DNA of 64,000 nucleotides from Eledone cirrhosa. Lineage: Eukaryota. The stretch spans positions 319,052,001 to 319,116,000 of the forward strand of contig OZ024742.1 in the NCBI GenBank assembly GCA_964016885.1, written 5' to 3'. This document shows positions 40,470 through 53,089 of this stretch, piece after piece (the first letter of the stretch is position 1; each line of letters opens with the position of its first letter). The position numbers were made by a program, and so were the translations under genes. The notes below the pieces were generated by a model. The model had not been told where the DNA came from, did not search any database, and saw only the letters and a program-made list of their open reading frames with translations.

Positions 40470-41065
40470 ACATATTCTGTTAATCTCACTAGATGAACCG
40501 GCCTTTGACTTCAATGACAGCCTCAAGGTGGCCCGAGGATCAGCCACAGGCCTTCTTCACTGTCTCCTTACTTAGGGCTCTGAAGGCCCTGGCACTCAGC
40601 GTGTCCCTTAAGTTGCTGTTGGATCTGTTTGTCTCTTGTCCCCCTGCACCCCACACAAAGAAGTTGAGGGGGTTGGAGTCGGATGAGTTGGGGGGGCCAA
40701 ATGTCAGGTGCAGTGTAGTTGAAGAAGTTCTTCATCGCCCAGGTCTGGGTCTTCCTGTTGGTATGGAGGGCATGAAGTCTTGCTTCCACACATATGGCTG
40801 CCCTGCAACTACCCTATCAATCCAGGACTTCACTATCTCACTCAGAACATGGATGTAGCCATCAGTGTTCAGCCTGAGGCCCTGAGGGAAGAAATGGGGT
40901 GGCATGACATCACTTTCAATGCTGACAACATCAAAGATCATGAGAGATAGCAAGCCACCTCTTCATCAGAGAGATGATCTTCTGGTCTTCACATAAGTTC
41001 TTCTTGTTGGAGAAGAACCACACCATGCCTGGCTCCAGTGGGTGTTTCAACTTATTGATCAGCTT
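40470..41065 (-). mobile_element. Tc1/mariner (DD37D-like) transposase remnant
   Basis: VMPPHFFPQGLRLNTDGYIHVLSEIVKSWIDRVVAGQPYVWKQD, then WPP-NSSD-NP and AVIEVKG with frameshifts. Confidence 0.75.
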
Positions 41066-41191
41066 CTTGGTGTGCTTGAGTGTATATATATATTGTGTTG
41101 TTTATTATGTAATTATATATATAGAGAGAGAGGTAGAACACTGGAAGGTAATATCCGTAGTGGTAGAGCACTGAGTCCATGGGACGAGTTT

Positions 41192-41350
41192 GGTAGAAGT
41201 GGTAACACAACAGTTAGTTCACCATACCGAGAACAATTGTTTCACCTTAGCGGATCTTCGGCTCATACTCAGGAGAACGAGCTGAAGATCCGCTAAGGTG
41301 AAACAATTGTTCTCGGTATGGTGAATTAACTGTTGTGTTACCAACTTCTA
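41192..41350 (+). ncRNA. Fold-back element with a minimal type I hammerhead (41278-41315)
   Basis: cgag-CTGAAGA-tccgctaaggt-GAAA-caattg-TT-ctcg; palindromic stem III (ACAATTGT). The inverted partner at 41228-41264 has CCGAAGA. Confidence 0.75.
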
Positions 41351-41371
41351 TATATATATATATATATATAT

Positions 41372-41990
41372 AGTAATAATAATAAATTTGAAGACTAAAA
41401 TCCAAAGAGGGCTCGATAAGGATAAATATATATCAAATATATAAGAACCGTAGAGCAAATATTTATTAAAATAACAGATTAAAGTTTAAGCAAAGAATCG
41501 CTGCTTTCACCCTTAACGAGATCTTCTGAAACTAACAAAGTCAATCTGTGAACGCAGAAGTGAATATTTCAAAAACGTTGCAACCGGAGGAAGACAGGAA
41601 GACGATACTTTGGTTCGTGGAAACGTTCCCTGGCAAAGAACGGGAAAAAATGAATATAATACGTCATTATTTGGAGCGGTGAAAAACAATTACACGCAAA
41701 GACAAAACCACATTTATGGTATAAAAGAAGTCGTAGACTAATATTCTATTAGGTGATTCATAGAGACATTCTCTGGCAATGAACAGAAAAAATGAAGATA
41801 ATACGTCATATGTGGAGCGAGGAGAACAATTGCACGCAAAGACAAAACTACGTAAATGGTATAACTGAAGTCGTAGACTAAAATTCTAACCAGGAAATCG
41901 AATGATTCTCGGCTTCAGAGTTAAGAATAAAGTAAATAAAATACAGAGGTAAATGAAATTAAATAAATACATACATTGGATGCGTGTATG
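41372..41990 (-). mobile_element. Family A pLTR-like element
   Basis: Highly similar to 12390-12870; hammerhead-like motif at 41483-41533; begins right after (TA)n. Confidence 0.65.
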
Positions 41991-42680
41991 TATTTATTTT
42001 TTGTTTCTCTTTTGCCTTACAAGTAATAACAACAATAGGGAATATTTTAAATGTATTGTTTTAAAGAGTTGCTATTTATTTAGTTTGAGTTAGTATAGAC
42101 AGAGGAGGAAAAATCAATTGGCAGAGGAGTCAGAAGTGTGCGTGTGTTTGCAGGATTTGATGCCAATTTAGCATTCTTTATTGTCCATGTTCTGGTTCTA
42201 ATAATGTTATTTTCACAATCTGTTCATTTGGCAGTTGTGGTCAGACAAGCTATGTCAAATCAATGAGAGATTGAAGCAAAGAAACAAACAACAAAATATG
42301 GTAAAGGAAACAACGATGGTGATGGTATTGCTGATGATGATGATAGTGGTGTTAAGAATAACAATGGTGTTTGTTTGGAATAACAAGGGTGTGTGTATGT
42401 ATATGTGTGCATGTGTATCTGTGTGTTTGCATGTGCCCATTTGTATGAGTTGAGGTATGTGTGTGTGTATACATGTATCTGCCTGCAAGCACATGTATAT
42501 GTATATATGTTTGTGTGTGTATTCACATGTAGATCCACATGTTTCTATGCACTTAAATTTGTGTTGTGCATGTATGTTCATTTGTGTTTGTGTTAATGTG
42601 CAAAGTATTGGTGCAAGTATGGCAAAATGTTTAAACAGTTCACTTTATAATAATGTGGTCCCAGGGTGTAGTATCCTGGG

Positions 42681-42964
42681 CAGAGGAGTGACTAGGGTAT
42701 GGCAAGCATGGCACATGCCATGGGCTCCACATGAAGACTAGGAGCACGTTCTATTAAAATCAAATAAGCTCCGTCAAAGAATGAAAAAAGAAACTCCTTC
42801 AGATGTATGATCTGTCTCTATCATGAGTGAGAAACACTATGGTGGCTGGATCATTAAACTATTTATATAAATTATTAGGCCTCCATAGGTAAAAATACAG
42901 TGCTGGGCGGGGGGTGCAATTTCACTGCTTGCCATAGCTACTATTTTCCCTAGTTATGACTCTG
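42681..42964. mobile_element. hAT-type MITE inserted in a SINE
   Basis: Terminal inverted repeats cagaggagtgactaggg / ccctagttatgactctg; 8-bp target-site duplication atcctggg/atcctgga. Confidence 0.65.
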
Positions 42965-43566
42965 ATCCTGGACAAGTGTCTTTTTTTTTGGGGGGGGGGG
43001 TTACCATAGCTTCAGGCTGACTCAAACTTTTTGAAAGAAATTGGGTTGGTGGAAACTGTGGAAGCCTTTCAAACGAACTATGCCCGTCATTCAAAGGTCC
43101 AGCCTTGTTACATTATATATCATGCTGATTGTGCCTGAGAATTACATTAGGGTACACATGACTGTGGAATATTCAACCACTTACATGCTAATTCATTTGA
43201 GTAGGTTGTTTTCTTTGATCAAACAATTAGGACACTCGTTGAAACTGACAAATCCATTTACTAATGTGTCTGTATGTATGTCCATGTGTATGTGTGTATA
43301 CTGACATCTACTCATATGTTGTTGTCTAAACTCACATGCTTCAATCATAAACTATTGTTGTACTGAAATATTTGACACAATAGTAACATTTAGGGAAGAG
43401 AATTCTTTGTAAATCTACTTTGTTTTTTATCATTATAGTTGAAATTTTTTTGGTTATTCACTTTTTTTGTTTTTGTATATTTTTACATTTTACTTGCTGT
43501 GCGCACCCGCGTGTGTGTGTTATTCCCTCTTATTTGACTAACATTTTTTTAAAAATTCGTTTGCAG

Positions 43567-43639
43567 TCAACTTGATGTTCAGCTCTTCAAATATAGATAT
43601 TCAAGTAGGAGAAAATAAAACTGTCCACCTAATTACTAA
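43567..43639 (+). CDS. CTNS: Internal exon of a probable cystinosin homolog (lumenal N-terminal domain)
   Basis: Acceptor tttgcag, donor GTATGT; 73 nt, phase 1 to phase 2. Encodes NLMFSSSNIDIQVGENKTVHLIT with an NKT sequon and splices in frame to 45612 (AA|C = Asn). Resembles recalled cystinosin [24 protein letters not shown]. Confidence 0.65.
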
Positions 43640-43714
43640 GTATGTATTATTTCTTTTTTTTTTTTTTGCAAGGGGGGGGGGGGGGGAGACTACAACTACT
43701 ACTCCTATTACATT

Positions 43715-44035
43715 TCAGTTCTTAATGTTCTGAGTTCAAATCCTGGCGATGGTCAACTTTACCTTTCATCCTTCTGGGGCCAATAAAATAAACACCAGTT
43801 AAGTACTATTAAGTACTAGAGGTGATTAGACCCCCCCAATTGTTGGCCTTGTGGCTATGTTAAAAACTACTACTACTTTCCGTTCTGGCTCTTTTCATTT
43901 TGTGTTCAGATCCCATCAAGGTCAATTTAGTTTTTCATCCTTCTGGGGGTCAATAAAATAACTACTAGTCAAATTGACATTATCTTCTCCCAAATTGCTG
44001 GCCTTGTGCCTAAATTAGAAATCATTATTTTTATT
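43715..44035 (+). mobile_element. Two SINE copies
   Basis: gagttcaaatcc...tttcatccttctgggg.caataaaataa core. Confidence 0.75.
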
Positions 44036-45249
44036 ATTGCCTTGGTTAAATTTATCTTTCATCGTTCCAAATGCGAGCAGCACAATATAATACACTTAGT
44101 ACTTGCACAAAAGTAATTTATGATAGGAAAGACATTCAACTGTAAAAAACATACCCAAGTCATAGCAGTTAAATTAAGGAAAAGCTCTAATTTCATACAT
44201 AAGTGTTCTGCACAGTTATGGGGTGGTCTGTGGGGAACATCAAGCTATGTCTAAAATGAAATAAAATTTACAGCTCACATCTATGTAGGTTTAGCTGGCC
44301 TGTTACAAGGTTACATCTCATGGGAGGTTTCTTTGGTATTTTAATGATAGGGAACCCTCTCCTACCATAAAAAGCAGCATGCAATGAAGTGCTTGGCTCA
44401 AGAACACAATGTGGCATCCGATCCAGGAATCAAACCCATGACCTTATGACCATGTGCCTTCAGAACATAGATGGATGTGTATTAAAACTGATTTATTTTG
44501 TCTAACATTGTTTCCACCACCTAGCTGTTTTAAGAGATTAAATATTGATTGATTAGTGCCATAGTGCAGCGGTTTCAAACTCAAGGACTCAAAAGAGCTA
44601 ATATGTCCTGGGAAAGAGTTTTCAGTGGGTCAAAAGTGAAAAGGTGGGATAGTAAGTTGGATATGTGAATAAAAAATATAGGGACAAATTTTCCAATTTC
44701 CCTAATTCCTTTTTTTCCATTTTCACTTTTATGTCATGGGTAAATTACAATAAATTGTAATATAAATATTATTAAAACTGGGAAAAATTACAAAATCTTT
44801 AGGAAAATATTATTCATAAAAAATTGTTCTGCTGTGGGCCATAGAAAAATAGCTTGCAGGCTGCATATTTGAGACTCTCAGTAATCCAAATTTGTGACTT
44901 AGTTTCAGGTCACCTCACATTAAGTGGATCTATAATCAAGGTTTCCTATCCCATCTTTTATTTTTTTAGGGATGGGATAGTGATTTTAAAACTACATAAT
45001 CTGAAAGGACTTTCCTTTTTAAGACTGTAGGATTTGATTTGACCAAAATTTGGCTTCTATTTTTAGTAGGTCCTTCAAGCAAATAAGAAACATGGAAGCA
45101 TGTCATTGTTTTGTGTTTGTAAAACTGACTGTAATAGAAGTTAGGTTCCATCTAACTGACTTGCCCTGATCACATTAAATTGCCCATTGCCATTTCACTT
45201 GACCAATACTTGTCTCCACTTCCCATAGTATTAAAACTTCAGTCCTCCA

Positions 45250-45462
45250 ACCCTTTAGCATTTACATTACTCTATATATACTATTGTATTTTTGTGGTAA
45301 AGGCTTTATCTCACATAATATTGAATCTACAAGATTTTTATATTATTTAATTTGAGAACAATAGCTTAACATTGGTATAAGCAGCCAGTTATGGCCAGTT
45401 TGAACACAAAGAGGTGAGAGAATTCTGGCCAGATATGGCCGGTTTAAATGCTAAAAGATTAA
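45250..45462. mobile_element. piggyBac-like MITE (inverted copy at 60299-60527)
   Basis: Ends aaccctttagcattta / taaatgctaaaagattaa. Confidence 0.55.
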
Positions 45463-45611
45463 TCTGAAAAATTGTCTTATAAATTGTTCATTTGTAAATT
45501 ATAGAAATATACACTAAAATATAGGGAATTCTCATTGTAGGTTTCATATTAAAAATGTGTATTTTTCATATTAAAAATAAAAAAATTCACCAATATATTT
45601 TTATTTTTCAG

Positions 45612-45818
45612 CAAACCATTGACAGAAGATATTTATGTCCGCTTCACATATAAATTTGACAAAACTTTTATTCCTGCTGAGGAATTAAGAAAGATTGTAC
45701 CTCTGCGTAGTATCGAAATTAAGGCAAACAACAAAACAGTTGATGTTCAATTAGTCATTCAAGCAGAAGTTGTTGGTCATTTGGTAGTTGCTGTAAATGT
45801 AACTGCTAAAAATTTAAG
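45612..45818 (+). CDS. CTNS: Internal exon of a probable cystinosin homolog
   Basis: Acceptor ttatttttcag; 207 nt encoding KPLTEDIYVRFTYKFDKTF...VQLVIQAEVVGHLVVAVNVTAKNL. Compare recalled cystinosin PPLNATLVITFEI...FQVTSQNVGQLTVYLHGN. Sequons NKT and NVT; the likely donor is AAG|GCAAGC. Confidence 0.65.
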
Positions 45819-46317
45819 GCAAGCTTCATTTTCTTACTTTTTTTAATTTATATGTCTTTGTTTTTCTACTAATGCTAACATAAGTACATTTTATTTATTT
45901 TACATGCATGTATTTTATACTAGTATTAACATCATTTATCACCATCATCATCATAGTATACTGTCTGTCTTCAGATCAGCTTCTCTCACAGTAGTACAAT
46001 ACCATTTTCTGTTTTGTCCTATCTTTATACATTTCTTTGAGCCCAAACCCTTTCGTTGCTGTTCTTTCCCATCTGCATCTTGCTTTCCTTTTCCTCTTCT
46101 GAGGAATATGTGCCTTCATTATGCCTTATCACATGAACATAATATCCTGGTTTCTGTTTCTTTGATGTTCACATAAATATATAAAAGTACATCCAACTGT
46201 AGAAACCAAGCCCAGATCGATTTTGTATGAGCTCACAACTGGATAACTCGTCTAACCCATGCCAGTGTGGGAAAATGGACGTTAAATGGTGATGATGATG
46301 ATATATATATATATATA

Positions 46318-48152
46318 CCGTGATATTGTCGGGGAGAAGTGTGTACTTGCCATCACTGATGCTTATAAGAAGGTACCTTGGAAGTGTCACTACGAGAGGC
46401 TACTAAATGAGAAGAACAAATGGGAAAAAGATAGTCTGCTCCAAATCGATCCAATAGAGGGACCAGCAGTGCAAGTTGAAGGTAGTATAATAAGTAAGGC
46501 AATCAAAGATATGAAGACAGACAAAGTAGCTGGACCTTCGGAGATAGTTGCTGAAATGCTGAAAGCATCTGGATCGGTGGGACACACTATGGTCACCTGG
46601 ATAGTAAACCAAGTCATACAGAATGGGGTCATGCCAAATGACTGGCGTAGCAGCATCATCATTAACTGCTACAAAGGTAAAAGAGATGCCCTAGATAGGG
46701 GAAACTATAGAGGCATTAAATTAATTGACCAGGTCATGAAGGTCACAGAAAGAGTTATAGTGCAACTAATCAGAGAGCGAATTGATCTAGATGAAATGCA
46801 GTTTGGGTTTGTGTCAGGTAAAAGTACCACAGACGCTCTTTTCATTGTACGACAACTACAGGAGAAGTACTTAGCTAAAAGTACACCCCTATACTTAGCT
46901 TTTGTTGACTTGGAAAAAGCCTTTGCAGAGTCCCCCGCTCCATTATCTGGTGGGCTCTTAGAAAACTAGGTCTTGATGAATGGCTTGTGAGAGCTATACA
47001 AGCTATGTATAATAAAACAGTCAGTAAGGTTAGAATTAACAAAGAATATTGTGAAGAATTTAGTGTAAAAGTTGGTGTTCACCAAGGCTCTGTCCTTAGC
47101 CCCCTACTATTTATTATTGCCCTTCAGGCTATAACAGAGGAGTTCAAGACCGGCTGCCCATGGGAACTTCTATATGCAGATGATCTAACGCTCATAGCTG
47201 AATCAATGTCAGAACTAGAGAAGAAATTCCAAACATGGAAGCATAGCCTAGAATCAAAAAGCTTTAAAGTTAACTTGTCTAAGACTAAAGTTCTAGTATG
47301 TAGGAAGGAAAATAGAGCACTGGTCCCCTCTGGGAAATAGCCATGCTCAGTGTGTAGGAAAGGAGTAGGCAGAAACTTCATTTTATGTCCCAAATGCAAA
47401 GTATGGGTGCATAAAAGATGTAGTGGGATCACAGGTAAGCTAACAAAGAACATAGATTTTATATGTGGCCGGTGCTCAGGTGCAATAAGTAGCAAGTGCC
47501 CACAGGATACTAGCTCCTACCATTGCCCAGATGGTTCTATAGAAATAGTGGACACCTTCCATTACCTGGGTGACAAAATCAGCAGTGGAGGAGGGTGCTC
47601 TGAAAGTACAGTAGCCAGAGTCAGAACAGGATGGAAAAAGTTCAGAGAGCTTATACCACTATTGGCTGCTAAAGGTTTCTCACACACTTACACCTCTCCA
47701 AGACAATGTCACTGGACCAAGAGTTTTGGCGCTACGCAGTAATACAGAAGACCTGCCTTGCCTATGTACAAAGCGAAACGTACAGTCAGTAGGCCCCTCT
47801 TAACCAAAAATAAACCCCCATCCCACTACCCCTACTCTCACTCCCATCAACACCACCCCTTTCTCTGTAAAGTTATGTTGGTACCACAACATCCAGTCCT
47901 AAATAAATGAGGTCGTGTAGGTGTCACAACAAAAACACACAAGGTTCACGCTGTAATGTGGCCGTGTAGGTAACACGGTAACAACCTCCCAGTCCACACT
48001 GTAAACGTGGTTGGTGTTAGGAAGGGCATCCAGCCGTAGAAAACCTGCCAGACAGTCCTATACGAGCAAGACAACCACTCTTGCCTCAAGTGGGAAAACT
48101 CCCGTCCAAACCCATGCTGGCGTGGAAGATAGACGTTAAACGATGATGATGA
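46318..48152 (+). mobile_element. RTE LINE, 5'-truncated, with frameshift, stop and internal deletion
   Basis: NYRGIKL, QFGF, FVDLEKAF, VHQGSVLSPLLF and YADD motifs; PHD-like finger; tail gacgttaaacgatgatgatga. Confidence 0.95.
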
Positions 48153-48169
48153 TATATATATATATATAT

Positions 48170-48380
48170 AATTAGAGAGAGGACAACACAATATATAACT
48201 ACTCCATTACCAAAGGTTTCAGGACCCTAGACAATATTAATATACGTCTGGGTCGTTCCTCAGGCAGAGATGTTATGAATCTGTCTGATGAACGGTCCAG
48301 ACATGTATTTATATTGTCTAGGGTCCTGAAACCTTTGGTAATGGAGTAGTTGTATATTGTGTTGTTCACTTTCTAATTAA
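48170..48380. ncRNA. Fold-back element with two inverted type I hammerhead motifs
   Basis: Plus strand 48280-48345: tctgt-CTGATGA-acggtccagac...gtctagggtcct-GAAA-cctttgg-TA-atgga. Minus strand 48202-48269 has the same fold with CTGAGGA. Confidence 0.7.
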
Positions 48381-49267
48381 ATAGTTCTCTTCTATACATA
48401 GAGCTCTCTTTTTTCCTTTGCTTTTTCTTTGGAATTACCTAAAACATATATATATATATCATTATCATCATCATCATCACTATTTAACGTCCATTTTTCC
48501 ATGTTTGCAGATGGATTGTCTGCGTTGAGAGACAAGTCTGGCCAGAATTGGCCATGCCATTCACAGGTTTGAGAAAGTACCAGATTGGTGATATAATAAA
48601 TTCTGATGTGTATTTTTGTCACCCTTTCTTCACTCCTCAATTCTCACCCCTTAAATATTTCTTCCTTGGGACAAGGCAGTCACCCCTATAGCATAAAGCG
48701 GGCTCTTCAATCAAATCAATAACTGACAACCTCTCTTGCCCTGTTGCTATGTTAAAATGCACCCAGTTCACTCTTTAAGGTGATTAGTACTAGGAAGGGT
48801 ATCCAGCCATAGAAACCATGCTGAACAAAGGGTTGAGAGGACTTTACTGTTGTGTCAAGGACATGACACCCTCTCTAATGCTGGTGCCACAATAAAATGC
48901 AGTCAGTACATTCTGTAAAATTCTTGGTGGTAGTAAAGTATTCCAACGGTAGAAACCATGCCAAAACTGGAAGCTATTTAATCAATGTAGTAGGAAACAA
49001 TTAAACCATAAATACAGAAGTGAGTGAATAGCTATGAGGAGATGGATTGAATGAATTAACTAGTATGTCTCTCTCAACTTGTATCTCTCTCTCTCTCTCT
49101 CAACTCACATACACTGACACACACACATTCATGCATACACACACACAACAGATATAACCATGCTGGCACATACACATTGTGTGCACATATGTGCATGTTT
49201 CATTCAACCCATGCCGGCATGGAAATGTGGACATAAAAACGGTGGCGGTGAGTGTGTGAAAGAGAAA

Positions 49268-50030
49268 AGAAACTTTTTGTGGCCAACAGCGGTATAAGCT
49301 CTCTGAACTTAGACTCTAGCTACTGTACTTTCAGAGCACCCTCCACCACTGCTGATTTTGTCACCCAGGTAACAGAAAGTGTCCACTATTTCTATAGAAG
49401 CATCTGGGCAATAGAAGGAGCTAGTATCCTGTGGGCACTTGCTACTTATTGGACCTGAGCATTGGCCACATGGAAGGATGGAAGGCAAAGTTGATTGCAG
49501 CAAGATTAGAACTCATAGCATACAGGTAGCTGCCTAAATACCACAAGACAATAAGTTCACTACCCTACCAATCCCAAAATACGCTGCCTTCACATAATTT
49601 ACTCACAAATAATTGGCTGGAGGTTTGCAATAAACATCCTAAAAATGCAGAACATAAATGAATTATAGTAATTATTAAGATAAATGTATCAATTGTATAA
49701 AATTGACTAATGTCAGTCCCACTACTCGCATTTTTCAGCATTTTTGCATAAATCAACATTAATAATTTTCTCCACTTGTCTTTAAAAATTCTGTTTGAAT
49801 TTATTCAATAACATATTTTTGTTTATGTTGTTGTTGTTGTTGCTGTTGCTGTTGTTATTGTTGCTGTTGCTGCTGTTGTTATTGTTGCCGTCATTGTTGT
49901 TGTGATAGCTTACTGCCTGAAACCATTCTTTGTTGTATGATAGAAATTTCTTTGTTTTTAAGTGTTTATATTTTATCTTCCATCATAATTTTATGATGAA
50001 CCTTTAATTATATCCAAAACACTAGCTTAA
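49268..50030 (-). repeat. Right copy of the inverted segmental duplication of 27487-28229
   Basis: See the left copy. Confidence 0.9.
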
Positions 50031-50566
50031 CTTTTTCATGTTTCTAATGAAATCCACTCTATTTTAATAAGTTAATCAAGAATTTTGAGGGATTTACTAA
50101 AATTATTAATAATTTCATTACTAAGAAAGTAACTTAATTTCAGGTTCTTATATAAAATTATTTTTATTTTTATATTATGGAAGATTTTAATTTAAATTGG
50201 AAACCTTTAAAATGAGCGGCTTTATTTCATAGTACCAGAGTTGGTTTTGACCAGGTTGGCAACTAAAAGGTTAATTATGAGAATGTTAGTTATTTTACAA
50301 AATCCCCAGAAACTTTTAGTTGAAAACCATAATCAATGTTTTTTATGATGAGAAATATGGTAATGAAAAGATTAAACACTATTATCAAATAAAGCCTTTA
50401 TTAAAATGAGTAGTTACAATTTGAGAGATTTGGTTGCTATTTTTAGCAGGTCAAGCAACTGTTGAAGATGACATGTATGTATTATGTGTATGTTAGTAGT
50501 ATACTATGCTATATACAAATTATCTCAAAGTTTAATATGTCAATTCAATAAGTTGAACAATAACTA

Positions 50567-50840
50567 ACGCTCAGAGTTGCTGAAGCATGGGACAAACTAC
50601 CAGCATCTGTTGTTAGCTGACGGGACACTGCAGCCTTCAAAACTTCCATGCTTCCCGATATTCGTCAACACTACACCTGATATTCCCCTTCCATACACAG
50701 CATGCATGTATCTGTGTGTATATCTTGACTCGTACACTGTTCACTTTCCTGACAATTGTACATTATTCTATCAACTATACATGCACCTTTGATGAGTTGT
50801 AGTGCACCTGAGCACTGTACACAGTAGTTTTCATTATCAT
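50567..50840 (+). mobile_element. CR1 3' fragment
   Basis: Similar to 30598-30990. Confidence 0.75.
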
Positions 50841-51035
50841 TGGTGAATTGGCAGTATCGGTAGAGGGTTGGATGCCATGCTTTCCAGCATAGTTACGTCC
50901 CTTTACGGTCTGAGTTCAAATCCCGTCGAGGTTAACTTTGCCTTTCATCCTTTCCGGGTCGATAAAATAAAGTACCAGTAATGAACTGAGTAATTGCTGG
51001 CCTTGTGCCAAAAGTAGAAACAATTATTATTATTT
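50841..51035 (+). mobile_element. Full-length young SINE
   Basis: ggtgaattggcagtatcggtagag (A-box-like), gagttcaaatccc (B-box), core, (ATT)n tail. Confidence 0.85.
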
Positions 51036-51654
51036 AGCCATTCCACTTCCACACAATATCTCAACTACTTTAATGTGGTTGTCATTAGGAAGGGCATCCA
51101 GCTGTAGAAATTATGACAAAATACAGATCTGTATGAGTGTGACATGGTGTTATGAAGTAATACAGAAGACCCGACTTATAAGGGAACTGGCCGAAGTGAA
51201 GCATATAGACAGTATGCCAACACCCCCTCCCACTTTAAAGTGGTCGTGTAGGTGTCACGACAAAAAGCACCTAGTACTCACTGTAAATGAGCTTGGTGCT
51301 AGGAAGAGCATCCAGCTGTAGAAATCAAGTGAAAATCAGTTCTGTATGAGCAAGACATGGTCACCTGACCTAACGTTGCCCACAATAGGACAAATCGTCT
51401 AACCCATGCTAGTGTGGAAAAATGGACATAAAACGGTGATGATGATGATGATGGTTATATAAAAGCAATATGTCTATGATTTAAAATGTATTAGATTCAC
51501 ACTGGATACCTGGCATCTTTATCTGATCAAATTCCAGCTGGAGGTGCTTGGTGCCCTATAAATCTTTCAGCAGTTATCTGTTATTTTCAACCTGCTGATG
51601 AATACAGTCAACCATTCATTTTGCCATGAGAGTGTAATTTACCTTACATATACA

Positions 51655-52725
51655 GCCCGCTCTTGTTCATTATAGTCCTCCAAGCCATAACAGAGGAGTT
51701 TAAGACTGGCTGTCCATGGGAACTTCTCTATGCTGACGATCTGGTTCTTATAGCAGAATCAGTAGAGGAGCTAGAGAATAAATTCTGGCTATGGAAACAG
51801 CAGTTGGAAGCAAGAGGACTGAGAGTGAATCTAGCTAAGACAAAAGTGTTGATGGTAGAAAAGAGGACAAAACCCTGATTCCGACAGGGAAATGGCCATG
51901 TTCGATATGCAGAAAAGGAACTGACATAAATTCTATAAAATGCACACAATGCAGAACCTGGGTACACAAGAGATGTAGCGGGATAGCAGGCAAACTAACA
52001 AGTAGGGAGAAATATGTATGCAGTAGATGTACAGGGAAATTAGACAGTAGAAGTCGCATTGATAGACACATTTTTTAAATGCAGGAGGGCGCTATAGAAG
52101 TGGTGGATAGCTTCCGGTACCTAGGAGATCAGATTAGCATGGGAGGAGGGTGTTCCGAGGCCATAGTATCTAGAATAAGGACGGGTTGGAAGAAGTTTAG
52201 GGAGCTGCTTCCTCTGTTGACGAAGAAGGGTTTCTCCCTGCGTACGAAAGGCCGGTTGTATGATGCCTGTGTGAGGAGCGCGATGCTGCATGGTAGTGAG
52301 ACATAGGCAGCAACTGTAGAGGATATGCGACGGCTGGAGAGAAATGAGGCAAGCATGCTCTGTTGGATGTGCAGTGTAAATGTGCGTGAACGACCCAGCA
52401 TAAATGTGTTGAGAGAGAAACTGTGTCTGAGAGGGATAGAATGTAGTGTACGGGAGAGGAGACTGAGGTGGTATGGACATGTGATGCGCATGGAGGATGA
52501 CCGATGGGTGAAGAAGTGCCAGGAAATGCCAGTTGAAGGAAGACGTGGTAGAGGTAGACCACGAAAAACATGGGTGGAGGTGGTGAGAACAGACCTCAGA
52601 TCATTGAAGCTCACGGTGGAGATGATGAAGGACCGTGACGAGTGGAGAGATGCTATGCTGAATAAGACCCGTCCCACCCTTGCAAGCAGGGAAAATCAGA
52701 CGTAAAATGATGATGATGATGATGA
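51655..52725 (+). mobile_element. RTE LINE 3' fragment (divergent subfamily)
   Basis: CPWELLYADD, FRYLG, RLRWYGHV and GRPRKTW motifs; (ATG)n tail. Confidence 0.9.
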
Positions 52726-53045
52726 TACAGACATAACAGAAGACATAGACTTATCACACACACACACTCACACATACACATAGATACACATACGCACACA
52801 GACGCGTACATACACACACACACACACACAGATTTACACACACAGATAATCATATTTTTTATTGATGAATAGTTTGTTTCCATGAAGGCAAGATGTGTGA
52901 AACCTGATCATTGATCTAAATCTCGAGATATCCCATAAACTTATATATATATAAACATACACTCACATACTGAGTGTGAGTGCTTGCTTTTTATATCATC
53001 AACATCACCATCACCATTTAACATCTGTTTTCCCTGCTAGCAAGA

Positions 53046-53087
<42 letters not shown>

Positions 53088-53089
<2 letters not shown>

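Noticed and set aside
42153-42240. Hydrophobic frame FDANLAFFIVHVLVLIMLFSQSVHLAVV as a cystinosin signal-peptide exon
   Set aside because: No donor in the phase 1 position needed to join exon 43567; unresolved without RNA data.
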